Shown here piece by piece: positions 54,697 through 64,000 of a stretch of DNA of 64,000 nucleotides. Position 1 is the first letter of the stretch, and each line of letters opens with the position of its first letter. The notes beneath the pieces were generated by a model that was given only the letters and a program-made list of their open reading frames with translations, had not been told where the DNA came from and did not search any database. The stretch comes from Gaiella sp. (GTDB lineage Bacteria; Actinomycetota; Thermoleophilia; Gaiellales; Gaiellaceae): the NCBI GenBank assembly GCA_036556865.1, contig DATBIQ010000138.1, forward strand, positions 1,441 to 65,440, read 5' to 3'. The translations under genes were made by a program, and so were the position numbers.

Positions 54697-55649
54697 GCCG
54701 TCTCGGTCGCCGGCGTCGGCACGTCGTCCAGCACCTCGCGGACGACGTCCTCGCCGCTCCGGCGCTGCACCCACAGCTCCGGGCGGAGCACGAGCCGGTG
54801 CGCCAGCGCCGGAACCGCGACGCTCTTCACGTCGTCCGGGGTGACGAAGTCGCGGCCCGCGAGCGCGGCGCGGCAGCGTGCGAGCTTCACGAGCGCGAGC
54901 GAGCCGCGCGGGCTCGAGCCGACGGAGACGCTCGAGCTCACGCGCGTCGCTGCGACGAGGTCGACGACGTAGCGGCCGATGCTCTCGTCGACGTGAACGT
55001 CCTCGACGGCGCTCTGCATCCCGAGCAGGGTCGTGCGATCGAGGACTTGCCGCAGTTCGACGGCATCGGTCCCTCGCCCGAGCCGCCGCTGGAGCATCTC
55101 CCACTCGGCGTCCGCCGACGGATATCCGAAGCCGGTGCGCAGCACGAACCGGTCGAGCTGCGCCTCGGGCAGCGGATACGTCCCCTCGTACTCGATCGGG
55201 TTCTGCGTCGCGAGGACGACGAACGGCGGCTCGAGCATGCGTGTCTCGCCGTCGATCGACACCTGCCGCTCCTGCATCGCCTCGAGCAACGCCGCCTGCG
55301 TCTTCGGCGGGGCGCGGTTGATCTCGTCCGCGAGGAGAACGTTGGCGAACACCGGGCCCGGCCGGAATTCGAAGGCTGCGTCTCGCTGGTTCCAGATCGA
55401 CGAGCCGGTGACGTCCGACGGCAGGAGGTCGGGCGTGAACTGCACCCGCGCGAAGCGGAGGCCCATCACCTCGGCGAACGACCGCGCGGTGAGGGTCTTC
55501 GCGAGGCCGGGGACGTCCTCGAGCAGGACGTGGCCGTCGGCGAGGATCCCGGCGAGGACGAGCTCGAGGCGGTCGCGCTTGCCGACGACGGCCCGCTCGA
55601 CCTCGTCGAGCACGGCGTTCGCGTGCCGCGCGAGGTCGTTCAGCTCCAC
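54693..55649 (-). CDS. MoxR family AAA+ ATPase
   Basis: EDVPGLAKT, ADEINRAPPKTQ, TQNPIEYEGTYPLPEAQLDRF. Confidence 0.95.
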   Translation of the reverse strand: MELNDLARHANAVLDEVERAVVGKRDRLELVLAGILADGHVLLEDVPGLAKTLTARSFAEVMGLRFARVQFTPDLLPSDVTGSSIWNQRDAAFEFRPGPVFANVLLADEINRAPPKTQAALLEAMQERQVSIDGETRMLEPPFVVLATQNPIEYEGTYPLPEAQLDRFVLRTGFGYPSADAEWEMLQRRLGRGTDAVELRQVLDRTTLLGMQSAVEDVHVDESIGRYVVDLVAATRVSSSVSVGSSPRGSLALVKLARCRAALAGRDFVTPDDVKSVAVPALAHRLVLRPELWVQRRSGEDVVREVLDDVPTPATETA

Positions 55650-56158
55650 GCGAGGCGCTCCAGGTCGTCGACCATGCGCTCGACGGCCACGAGGGAGATG
55701 CCTGCGGCCGTGCGGTCGTCGGGCGCGGGCCGATCGGGCCGCAGGAGCTCCCAGAGATCCGGTCCGAGCAGTGCGCGCGCCTCGTCGGGGCGGCGCGCGG
55801 GGTCGACCCCCCGTCGGAGGAGGATGCCGGCCGCGAGCGGCGCCAGGAGCGGTCGCAGCCGGAAGTGGACGTCGAACGCGGTTCCGGTCGCGAGCGTCAC
55901 CTCACGTTCGACGCGGGCCAGCGACGCCGGGCGAGCGTGTGGCGGGTCGGACGACGCGAACGCGGCGTCGAATGCAGATGCCCGTCGCGGGACCGCGCGC
56001 CGCAGCCGGCCGAGCGCGTAGCCGAGCGCGAGCGAGAGCACGACGACGAGCCACACATGGGCGACGAGCCCGGCGGCCCCGGGGGCCGCGACGACGGCGA
56101 TGGCCGCCCAGATCGTCGCCGAGAGCGCGAAGGCGACGGTGCGGTCGAGCCGGGTCAT
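55640..56158 (-). CDS. Membrane protein in MoxR operon
   Basis: Two N-terminal TM; overlapping start/stop with neighbours. Confidence 0.75.
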   Translation of the reverse strand: MTRLDRTVAFALSATIWAAIAVVAAPGAAGLVAHVWLVVVLSLALGYALGRLRRAVPRRASAFDAAFASSDPPHARPASLARVEREVTLATGTAFDVHFRLRPLLAPLAAGILLRRGVDPARRPDEARALLGPDLWELLRPDRPAPDDRTAAGISLVAVERMVDDLERLAWS

Positions 56159-57066
56159 GCTGCGGCTCCCGCCCCCTCGGCCCGGCGCGCGGCGTCGACG
56201 GCCGCGAGCTCACGCCGTACCTCCTCGAGCGTCTCGATCGCCTCGTCCTTCATCTCGGGGCGCACATCGTGCCCCGAGAAGCGCGCCCATGCGAAGAGCG
56301 CGGTGAGACGGGCCGCTGCGCGCGACGAGAGCGCGAGCTCGTCGAGCACTCGTTCGAGGTACTCCTCCGGCGCCTCGGCGGGGGCACGTGGCAGCCCGGA
56401 AGCGGCCAACGCTCGCTCCATCTGGGCGTAGGCGGCGATCACGGCTCGTCGCGGGTCGCGTTCCGCGCGGAGATCGTCGAGCGTCGCCGAGAGCACGTCG
56501 GCGAGGACCTCGTGCGGCGTCGCGGCGACCTGCTCACGCGCCGAGTTGCGGCCGCGGGCACCCAGCCACCAGGCGACGACCGCGAGCAGGACGAGCGCCC
56601 CGACCGCGAGCACCGGCCAGAGGACGAACTCGGGCTCGTACCGGCCGCCCTGGCCGTCGGCGCCTGTCGCTCCCGCGTCGTCGCGCCCGGGCAGCAACGG
56701 CTGCAGACGCGGGCCTCTGCTCCCTGTCATGGCGCGTACGACGAGCGCGAGCAGCGCCATCGCGACCACGAACGTGACGACCGACCGCAGCGGACTGCGG
56801 CGCTTGCGCACCTCGCCCTCCGGCTGGTAGCGCCCGAAGAACGACAGCAGGACCACCACACAGACGGCCGCGACGCCGAGACCCACGACGAAGAGGCTCA
56901 CGGCCGCGTCGACCAGGCCCTCGGAGGGACGATGCTCGCCGATGCGCTCGCTCGGGCGCGAGCCGCGCGAGGCGATCGCGACGACGAGGACGAGCCCGAC
57001 GACCGCCGCGCCGACCGCTGCGGTCCGCCGACCCGACCCGCCTCCGCGCGGCGCGTTAGCGTCCAC
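56155..57066 (-). CDS. DUF4129 domain membrane protein
   Basis: TM helices; AVIAAYAQME...EAPEEYL...LTALF..ARFS. Confidence 0.82.
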   Translation of the reverse strand: MDANAPRGGGSGRRTAAVGAAVVGLVLVVAIASRGSRPSERIGEHRPSEGLVDAAVSLFVVGLGVAAVCVVVLLSFFGRYQPEGEVRKRRSPLRSVVTFVVAMALLALVVRAMTGSRGPRLQPLLPGRDDAGATGADGQGGRYEPEFVLWPVLAVGALVLLAVVAWWLGARGRNSAREQVAATPHEVLADVLSATLDDLRAERDPRRAVIAAYAQMERALAASGLPRAPAEAPEEYLERVLDELALSSRAAARLTALFAWARFSGHDVRPEMKDEAIETLEEVRRELAAVDAARRAEGAGAAA

Positions 57067-57071
57067 GACCG

Positions 57072-57905
57072 ATGAGACGAGAGCCGCTCACGCACGATTG
57101 GCGGCGTCCCGCGGTGATGGGCATCGTCAACGTCACGCCCGACAGCTTCTCCGACGGCGGCGCGTACGCGTCTGCGGCCGATGCGGCGGCGACGGCCCGC
57201 CGGATGCTCGAGGACGGCGCTGCGATCGTCGACGTCGGCGGCGAGTCGACCCGCCCGGGAGCGGCGGACGTCTCGGAGGACGAGGAGCTGCGCCGCGTCG
57301 TTCCCGTGCTCGAGCGCCTGCAGGGCTGCGCCGTCTCGATCGACACATCGCGTGCCCGTGTGGCCCGGGAGGCGCTCGGGCTCGGCGCGACGATGGTCAA
57401 CGATGTCACCGCCCTGCGGCGGGAGCCGGAGCTCGCGGAGGTGGTCGCCGAGGCGGACGTGCGTCTCTGCCTGATGCACATGCAGGGAGAGCCTCGCACG
57501 ATGCAGGAGGCGCCGCACTACCGCGACGTCGTCTCCGAGGTCGCGTCCTTTCTCGAGGGGCGGCTGGCCGCCGCCGTCGCGGCGGGCGTCGCGGAGGAGC
57601 GCATCTGCCTCGATCCCGGCTTCGGCTTCGGAAAGACGGCCGACCACAACCTCGAGCTCGTGCGGGGGCTCGATCGGATCGTCGCGATCGGGCGTCCGGT
57701 GCTCGTCGGGCTCTCGCGGAAGTGGACGCTCGCGCGGGTGGTCGAGGGGCCCGCGGCGCGGCTCGGGACGGACGCCGCGTCGGTCGGCGCCGCCGTCGCC
57801 GCGTTCGACCGCGGCGCGACCGTCTTCCGCGTGCACGACGTGCGCTCGCACGTCGAGGCGCTCGCGGTCGCCGCGGCGGTCGAGCGCGGTAGCGTCAGCC
57901 CATGA
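57072..57905 (+). CDS. folP: Dihydropteroate synthase
   Basis: NVTPDSFSDGG, GGESTRPG, DPGFGFGK, SRK, RVHDV. Confidence 0.96.
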   Translation: MRREPLTHDWRRPAVMGIVNVTPDSFSDGGAYASAADAAATARRMLEDGAAIVDVGGESTRPGAADVSEDEELRRVVPVLERLQGCAVSIDTSRARVAREALGLGATMVNDVTALRREPELAEVVAEADVRLCLMHMQGEPRTMQEAPHYRDVVSEVASFLEGRLAAAVAAGVAEERICLDPGFGFGKTADHNLELVRGLDRIVAIGRPVLVGLSRKWTLARVVEGPAARLGTDAASVGAAVAAFDRGATVFRVHDVRSHVEALAVAAAVERGSVSP

Positions 57906-58264
57906 CGATCGAGCTGCACGGCATCGAGCTCCACGCCTTCCACGGCGTGCTGGAGCACGAGCGGCGCGAGGGGCAGCGGTTCCTCGTCGACATCGAGCTC
58001 GACCTCTCCGACACGACTGCCGCGGCGACCGATCGGATCGAGGACGCGCTCGACTATCGCGACGTCGTCGCGACGGTCGTGGAGATCTCGGACGGACGGG
58101 CGTACCACCTGCTCGAGGCGCTGGCCGTGGCCCTTGCGGACACCCTGATCGAGCGGTTTCCGGTCTCGGGCGTGCGCGTGCGGGTGCGCAAGCCCGACGT
58201 CGAGCTCGCCCGTCCCGTCGAGCACACGGCCGTCCGCGTCGAGCGGCGGGTCAGCGCTTCGTGA
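57902..58264 (+). CDS. folB: Dihydroneopterin aldolase
   Basis: HGVLEHERREGQRF, LDY, LLE, RKP. Confidence 0.94.
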   Translation: MTIELHGIELHAFHGVLEHERREGQRFLVDIELDLSDTTAAATDRIEDALDYRDVVATVVEISDGRAYHLLEALAVALADTLIERFPVSGVRVRVRKPDVELARPVEHTAVRVERRVSAS

Positions 58265-59843
58265 GGGTGCTCGAGACGCGGAGCTGGTAGGTCGCGTCGA
58301 GCGTCCCGACCGGCAGTCGCACCACGACGTACGCCCAGCGCCCGCGCTTGCCGTTCGCGTAGACGAGGCGCTCCCTCGTCCCGCGGGTCGAGGCGACCCC
58401 GAGCCGGCCGGTCGTCGCAAAGCGTCCGACGACGCTCGGCGCGGTGCCCGAGTAGAGCGCGAGGTCGCCGTCCGACGACGAGGTCAGCGTCGCGGCGAAC
58501 CGGTGCCCGGCAGGCAGCCAGACCCGGTAGAGGTCGCGTGGATCCTCGTAGGCGTCGACGCGCCCGACGATGCGCGTGGTGCGGCGCGACGTGGTCGTCA
58601 ACGGCTGCACCCTGGCCACATAGCGGTCCCCGGAGGGGCTCACCTGGTCGATGTCGTCGTTCGGCTCGTAGGGATCGGCGACGGGGGACGGCAGGGCGAG
58701 CGCTGCGGCCACGTTCAGCATCCCGAACCCGGAGGCGGGATCGCGTCCCGTGGGCGGCAGATCGCGTGCAGAGCGTCGCAGGATCTCCGCGACCTGGCCG
58801 CCGGTCAGGGTCGGCCGCGCCGTCCAGATCCAGGCGGCGGCAGCGGCGACCATCGGCGAGGAGAAGCTCGTCCCGGAGGCCGGGCGCCAGTTCTTGCCGA
58901 GCGCGCTCGCAACGACGATGTCGGACCCCGGGGCGGCGAGGTCGACGTAGCGGGAGCGGCTCGAGAACGCGGCGACGCTCCCTGTCCGGTCCGTCGCGGC
59001 CACCGTGAGCACGTGCGCGTAGGCCGCCGGGTACCCGAGCGGGCTGCCTCGGTCTCCGTCGTTCCCGGAGGCCGCGACGACGAGTGAGCCCGAGGCGACG
59101 GCTTCGTCGACGGCGAGCTGGATGGGCAGATCGCTGGCGTCGGAGCCGAGGCTGAGGTTGATCACGCTGCGGCCCGCCCGCGCCGCGGCGAGGATCCCGC
59201 CCGCGATCTCCGTCGACTCGAGCTGTGTCCCGTCGCCCTTGGCGGCGTCCCACGACCGCAGCACCGCTCGCGGGTAGATGCCGACGACGCCGACGCCGTT
59301 CAGTGGAGCGGCGATGACCGAGGCGACGGACGTCCCGTGCTCCCCGCCGATGCCCGCGGGCTCCTGGGCGTTCAAGGGAAATGTGTCGGGGCGTCCGGCG
59401 AACTCGGGATGCGACACGTCGAGGCCCGAGTCGACGATGGTGACCGGGACGCCGGGTCCCGGCGGGGTGAGCCCGTCGATGCCGATCTGCGAGAGCCACC
59501 ACTCGTCGCCCTGGAGCGGGTCCGGCGTGTCGGTCGTCGCCGCCACGCGGTACGTCTTCTCGCGCTGGGCGAAGACGAGGGCGTCGCGGGCGCGGAGCGC
59601 CGGCACGAGCGTCGCGGCGAGCCGCGGCTCGAGCCGCCAGAGCCGGAGCCGCGCGTCCACCTGGGTCGCTCCCGCCTGCGTGAGCTCCGCGGACTCGCGG
59701 CACGCCGCGGCCGACGTGAGCTGGATCACGGTCGCACGCTCGTGCGGGTCGGCGGTTGGGGGGGAGGACGACGCGGCCGGCGCGACGGCGAGCGCGGAGG
59801 TCGCCAAGACGGCGACGGCGAGAAGACGAGTCGAGGTGAGCAC
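58251..59843 (-). CDS. Secreted subtilisin-like S8 serine protease
   Basis: VDSG, HGT, GTSFSSP triad motifs; signal peptide; start estimated. Confidence 0.9.
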   Translation of the reverse strand: MLTSTRLLAVAVLATSALAVAPAASSSPPTADPHERATVIQLTSAAACRESAELTQAGATQVDARLRLWRLEPRLAATLVPALRARDALVFAQREKTYRVAATTDTPDPLQGDEWWLSQIGIDGLTPPGPGVPVTIVDSGLDVSHPEFAGRPDTFPLNAQEPAGIGGEHGTSVASVIAAPLNGVGVVGIYPRAVLRSWDAAKGDGTQLESTEIAGGILAAARAGRSVINLSLGSDASDLPIQLAVDEAVASGSLVVAASGNDGDRGSPLGYPAAYAHVLTVAATDRTGSVAAFSSRSRYVDLAAPGSDIVVASALGKNWRPASGTSFSSPMVAAAAAWIWTARPTLTGGQVAEILRRSARDLPPTGRDPASGFGMLNVAAALALPSPVADPYEPNDDIDQVSPSGDRYVARVQPLTTTSRRTTRIVGRVDAYEDPRDLYRVWLPAGHRFAATLTSSSDGDLALYSGTAPSVVGRFATTGRLGVASTRGTRERLVYANGKRGRWAYVVVRLPVGTLDATYQLRVSSTLTKR

Positions 59844-59952
59844 GATAGGGGGTGAACGCCATCTTCGCGGAGCTGGATTCGCGGACCGTGTGATCCCGGT
59901 TAAGCGCGCGTTAGCCCGTGGTTGGCCCCCGGGCGGGAGGTAGCGTCCGCCC

Positions 59953-60417
59953 GTGCGCGCGTTCGTCGGGCTCGGCTCGAACCTCGGTGACCGTGAGCGA
60001 ACGATCGGCCGGGCCGTCGAGCTTCTCGCCAGGACGCCCGGCGTCGACCTCGTCGCGGTCTCGCACCTGCGCGAGACGGAGCCCTGGGGTCCGGTCGAGC
60101 AGCCGGCGTACCTGAACGGGGCGGTCGAGCTCGCGACCGAGCTGCCGCCGCGAGCGCTGCTGGACGTGCTCCTCGCGGTCGAGCAGGCGCTCGGGCGCGA
60201 CCGCACGGGCGAGCGCTGGGGGCCGCGCACGATCGACCTCGACCTGCTGCTGTACGGCGAGGTCGAGGTGGACGAGCCGGGGCTGACGGTCCCGCACCCG
60301 CGGCTCCACGAGCGCCGCTTCGCGCTCGAGCCGCTCGCCGAGCTGGCGCCCGACGCCGTCGTCCCCGGGCGGGGAAGCGTGTCCGAGCTCCTGGCCGCGC
60401 TGGGTGACGACGACTAG
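59953..60417 (+). CDS. folK: 6-hydroxymethyl-7,8-dihydropterin pyrophosphokinase
   Basis: GLGSNLGD, WGPRTIDLDLL, PHP. Confidence 0.96.
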   Translation: MRAFVGLGSNLGDRERTIGRAVELLARTPGVDLVAVSHLRETEPWGPVEQPAYLNGAVELATELPPRALLDVLLAVEQALGRDRTGERWGPRTIDLDLLLYGEVEVDEPGLTVPHPRLHERRFALEPLAELAPDAVVPGRGSVSELLAALGDDD

Positions 60418-60511
60418 TGACACTGTGTCACTTGGGATGCGCTCCCGCACCGGTTTGCGGAGCCCGGCATGGACGGCCGTCGCCCTCCGGCCGGGGACTA
60501 CACTCAACGGC

Positions 60512-60883
60512 ATGAGCCACCTGGACGAGCTCGACGAGTTCGAGGCGGAGCTCGAGCTCCAGCTCAAGCGGGAGTACACGGCGGTCTTCCCGCTCTTCCG
60601 GTACTGCGTCCTGACGCAGGACGCGACCTACCTCTGCAACAAGCTCGACCTCAAGGTCGTGCCGCAGGCGAGCTACCCGTTCTTCCACGCGCAGATGGAG
60701 GACGTCTGGGTGTGGGACAAGAACCGCCCGACGCGCATCATCCCGCGGGCCGAGGTCTACACCTCCGGCGACGTGACCGTCGAGGAGCTGCGCGGCGAGG
60801 GTGACGAGCCGCGTCTCACCGCCGAGGCCCTCGCCGAGCGCCTGGGCGACCTCCGCCGGCCGGACGACGACGACTCGTTCTGA
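60512..60883 (+). CDS. DUF2469-like actinobacterial conserved protein
   Basis: ELELQLKREY..VF..FRY...YLCN...DVWVWD..RP.R. Confidence 0.8.
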   Translation: MSHLDELDEFEAELELQLKREYTAVFPLFRYCVLTQDATYLCNKLDLKVVPQASYPFFHAQMEDVWVWDKNRPTRIIPRAEVYTSGDVTVEELRGEGDEPRLTAEALAERLGDLRRPDDDDSF

Positions 60884-60884
60884 G

Positions 60885-61088
60885 CTTGTCCGCGAAGCGG
60901 GATTCCGCCGAGCGGAATCCCGCCGCTCGATCCCCGCCTTTCGGCAGGCCCATCCCTCAAGGCGTCGGCTTCGCCGCCGCACCTCTGCACTTGCCCGCGA
61001 AGCGGGATTCCGCCGAGCGGAATCCCGCCGCTCGATCCCCGCCTCCGGCGGGGCAGATCCCTGAAGGCGTCGGCTTCGCCGCCGCACC
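60885..61088. repeat. Tandem pair of ~100-bp structured repeats (105-bp period)
   Basis: Copies at 60885-60983 and 60990-61088, each with GCGGGATTCCG-ccgag-CGGAATCCCGC hairpin. Confidence 0.9.
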
Positions 61089-61111
61089 CCCTTCCGCGTT
61101 ACGCTCGCGCG

Positions 61112-61870
61112 ATGCTCCTGGCGGTCGACGTCGGCAACACACAGACCGTCCTCGGCCTGTACCGGGACGGCGACCTCGTCGAGCACTGGCGGGTCGCGAC
61201 CGACCGCAGTCGCACCGGCGACGAGCTGGCGGTCCTTCTCGGCGGGCTCCTCGACCCGGATGCGGTGGACGGCATCTGCCTCTCGACGACGGTCCCGAGC
61301 ATCGTGCGCGAATGGGAGCGTCTCGCCGACCGCTGGGCCCACGCGGCGCTGCTGGTCGTCGGCCCCGGCGTTCGCACGGGAATCCCGATCCGCTACGACG
61401 ACCCACGCGAGGTCGGCCCGGACCGCATCGTCAACGCGGTCGCGGTCCGCGCCCGGTACGGTGCGCCGGCGATCGTCGTCGACTTCGGCACGTCGACGAA
61501 CTTCGACGTCGTCTCGGCCGAGGGCGAGTACGTGGGCGGTGTTCTCGCGCCGGGGATCGAGATCTCGATGGAGGCGCTCTTCGCGCGCGCCGCCCGCCTC
61601 GTGAACGTCGACTTCGCCGCGCCGGAGAGGGTCGTCGGCAAGACGACGGTCGGCGGCCTGCAGAGCGGCCTCGTCTATGGCTTCGCCGGCCAGGTCGACG
61701 GCATCGTCGCCCGGATCCGCGACGAGCTCGGCGCGCCGGACGCGACCGTCGTCGCGACCGGCGGCCTCGCCGAGCTGATCGCGCCGCACAGCTCGGTGAT
61801 CGAGCACGTCGACCCGTTCCTGACGCTCGAGGGCCTGCGACTCGTCTGGGAGCTGAACCGCGATGCCTGA
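61112..61870 (+). CDS. coaX: Type III pantothenate kinase
   Basis: DVGNT, GPDR, VDFGT, TGG. Confidence 0.95.
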   Translation: MLLAVDVGNTQTVLGLYRDGDLVEHWRVATDRSRTGDELAVLLGGLLDPDAVDGICLSTTVPSIVREWERLADRWAHAALLVVGPGVRTGIPIRYDDPREVGPDRIVNAVAVRARYGAPAIVVDFGTSTNFDVVSAEGEYVGGVLAPGIEISMEALFARAARLVNVDFAAPERVVGKTTVGGLQSGLVYGFAGQVDGIVARIRDELGAPDATVVATGGLAELIAPHSSVIEHVDPFLTLEGLRLVWELNRDA

Positions 61871-62489
61871 GCCCGGCACCCTCGCCGTGTTCGCGCTCGC
61901 GTCGCTCGCGCTCGCGGTGGTTCCCGGCCCCGCCGTGCTCTACATCGTCGCGCAGAGCATCCACGGCGGACGCCGCGCCGGTGTCGTCTCGGCGTTCGGG
62001 ATCGCGAGCGGAGGGCTGGTGCACGTGCTCGCCGCCGTGGTCGGGCTCTCGGCTCTGCTCGCGGCCTCCGCGGAGGCCTTCACCGCCGTCAAGATCCTCG
62101 GCGCCGTCTACCTGGTGTGGCTCGGGATCCGCACGCTCCTGACCGCGGACGACAGGATCGGCGGGCGGCGAGCCGAGCGGACACTGGCGCGGACCTATCG
62201 GCAGGGCGTGGTGGTGAACGTCCTCAACCCGAAGACGGCGCTCTTCTTCCTCGCGTTCCTGCCGCAGTTCGTCGACCCCCACGGGTCGACGCGTGGCCAG
62301 CTGGCGCTCCTCGGCGCCATCTTCGTCGTGATCGCCCTGACGAGCGACCTCGCGTGGGCGCTCGTGGCGGGCACCGCCGGCGCGGTGCTGCGCAGCAGCC
62401 GGACCTTCCTGCGGGCCCAGCGCTACGTGTCCGGCACGATCTTCGTCGGCCTCGGCGCCCTCGCGGCGACGACCGGCCGCTCGCACTGA
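61863..62489 (+). CDS. LysE/RhtB family translocator
   Basis: PGP, GAVYLVWLG, NVLNPKTALFFLAFLPQF. Confidence 0.92.
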   Translation: MPEPGTLAVFALASLALAVVPGPAVLYIVAQSIHGGRRAGVVSAFGIASGGLVHVLAAVVGLSALLAASAEAFTAVKILGAVYLVWLGIRTLLTADDRIGGRRAERTLARTYRQGVVVNVLNPKTALFFLAFLPQFVDPHGSTRGQLALLGAIFVVIALTSDLAWALVAGTAGAVLRSSRTFLRAQRYVSGTIFVGLGALAATTGRSH

Positions 62490-62503
62490 CCGGCCGCCGC
62501 CGG

Positions 62504-62539
62504 TCGCCGGAGGACGTGCCGCGGCACGTCCTCCGGCGA
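62504..62539. repeat. Perfect 36-bp palindrome between convergent genes
   Basis: TCGCCGGAGGACGTGCCG|CGGCACGTCCTCCGGCGA. Confidence 0.85.
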
Positions 62540-62546
62540 AGCGGCG

Positions 62547-63014
62547 TCAGCAGCGGTACCGGCTCGAGACCTGCTTCGTCTTCGTGTTTCGGTTCTTGAA
62601 CGCCCAGCCGAGATCTCCCTTCCAGAAGATCCCGACGAACGAGACGCGGTAGACGTAGCACGACCGGATCGTCGCGCCCCCGTTCAGGATGTCCGTCGAC
62701 GTCCGGACGGTCCGCTGATCGAATACGGCCGTCACGGGCGTGACCCAGTCGCCCTCGACGACGTCGGTGGCCGGGATCGACCGCCGTGTCGGGAGCAGCT
62801 TCACCGACCGGAAGACGAGCGTGATCTTGTCGACCGAGTTCTCCTGATCCGTGTCCCAGAACCGAACGAGCCCGCGCTTGACCGTCGCGACCGACGGCCG
62901 CTCGACCGTGGTCGTCGCCTGCGCGGCGGTCGCGGCCGAGACCGACACCCCCAGCACGAGCACCATCGTCGACGCGAGCGCGAGCACGCGCCCCATGCGC
63001 CAGAGCGAACGCAT
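62547..63014 (-). CDS. Secreted hypothetical protein
   Basis: Signal peptide; GGAGG-like RBS; two Cys. Confidence 0.65.
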   Translation of the reverse strand: MRSLWRMGRVLALASTMVLVLGVSVSAATAAQATTTVERPSVATVKRGLVRFWDTDQENSVDKITLVFRSVKLLPTRRSIPATDVVEGDWVTPVTAVFDQRTVRTSTDILNGGATIRSCYVYRVSFVGIFWKGDLGWAFKNRNTKTKQVSSRYRC

Positions 63015-63131
63015 TCGACCCCCTCCTTCGACCCACCTCGGACGTATGACCCCTTGCGAGACCGTTCTACGTGCTGGTCGTTCCGGGCCGGCCCGTCCGG
63101 AGGTACGGACCGGCCCTGGCCGTGAGGGCTG

Positions 63132-64000
63132 TCAGCCGCCGCCGTAGACCGAGATCGGCAGCTCGAGCGTCACCTCGTCGCCCGGGGGGATCTGGGCCTC
63201 GAGCTCCTCGATCAGCTCGAGGGCGCCGGGCGCCGCGGCGATCAGCCGCCGCTCGACCTCCTCGGTCGAGGCGAGCTGGACGAGCTCCTGCTTGAACGGT
63301 CGCGGGAAGCGGCCCCGCCCGAGGTACCAGCCGTAGAACTTCTTCAAGAACCCGCTCGCGCGCCGCTCGCCGAGCTCGCGGACCGTCTCGCGGACGAACA
63401 GGACGAGCTCGGCGACGACCTCCTCGCGCGACGGCTCGCGTTCGCCGCCGTCGACGATCTCCTCGAGCACCCATGGGTTGCCCTGCGCCGCGCGGCCGAC
63501 CATGACCGCAGCCGCCCCCGTCGTCGCGAGCACCGACTGCGCCCTCGCCCGGCTCACGATGTCACCCGAGGCGATCACCGGGACGTCGACCAGGGAGACG
63601 AGCGCGGCCGTCAGGGAGTGGTCGGCCGTGCCGGTGTACATCTGCTTCGCCGAGCGCGGATGGAGCGTCAGCGACGCGGCGCCTGCCTCGACGAGCCGCG
63701 GGCCGACGACGAGGCAGTCGCGTGAGCCGTCGCGGAGCCCGCGCCGCAGCTTCACGGAGACGGGGATGTCGACCGCAGCGGCGATCGCCGAGACGATCGC
63801 CGTCGCTCGGTCCGGGTCGTCGAGGAGCGTCGCGCCGGCGCCCGTCTTCGTCACCTTCCGCACGGGGCAGCCGAAGTTCACGTCGACGAGGTCCGCCCCG
63901 GCCGCCTCGACCATCCGCGCGGCCTCGGCCATCGCCCCGGGCTCGGAGCCGAAGAGCTGGATCGCGAGCGGATGCTCGTCGGCGGCGACGCGCAGGTAGC
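63132..64000 (-). CDS. dusB: tRNA-dihydrouridine synthase (5' end outside window)
   Basis: DVNFGCPV.KV, SVKLR, HPR, GDI, MVGR. Confidence 0.92.
   Translation of the reverse strand, partial: YLRVAADEHPLAIQLFGSEPGAMAEAARMVEAAGADLVDVNFGCPVRKVTKTGAGATLLDDPDRATAIVSAIAAAVDIPVSVKLRRGLRDGSRDCLVVGPRLVEAGAASLTLHPRSAKQMYTGTADHSLTAALVSLVDVPVIASGDIVSRARAQSVLATTGAAAVMVGRAAQGNPWVLEEIVDGGEREPSREEVVAELVLFVRETVRELGERRASGFLKKFYGWYLGRGRFPRPFKQELVQLASTEEVERRLIAAAPGALELIEELEAQIPPGDEVTLELPISVYGGG

Noticed and set aside
60885..61088. Possible CRISPR array
   Set aside because: Only two ~100-bp units, no unique spacers, no cas genes in the window

Overview
High-GC bacterial chromosome segment. Gene order and protein style suggest a deep-branching actinobacterium such as Thermoleophilia/Gaiellales (inference). 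The backbone is core genome: the end of the spc/alpha ribosomal cluster (adk, map, infA, rpmJ, rpsM, rpsK, rpsD, rpoA, rplQ, truA), ligA, peptidoglycan enzymes, Ku, tRNA-Pro(CGG), acyl-CoA metabolism, and the tilS-hpt-ftsH...folP-folB-folK...coaX-dusB block. The main accessory feature is a ~17 kb block (about 1165-18450) between map and infA. It encodes a surface glycosylation/remodelling set: a GT2 + GtrA + HprK-like kinase triple fusion, a GT39-like transferase, a phospholipase C-like enzyme, two GH99-like hydrolase domains, two metallophosphoesterase domains and FN3 proteins. Its regulatory end holds two divergent LuxR regulators lacking the phospho-acceptor Asp and a Gfo/Idh/MocA homolog lacking its catalytic motifs, with no sensor kinase in the window. 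A second highlight is a promoter / 9-codon uORF (MSVFGRRAR) / terminator arrangement upstream of a 57-aa protein (31922-32254), resembling an attenuator. Candidate TetR and PadR operators, widespread leaderless-type promoters and REP-like repeats are also visible. All assignments come from reading motifs by eye; no searches were run.
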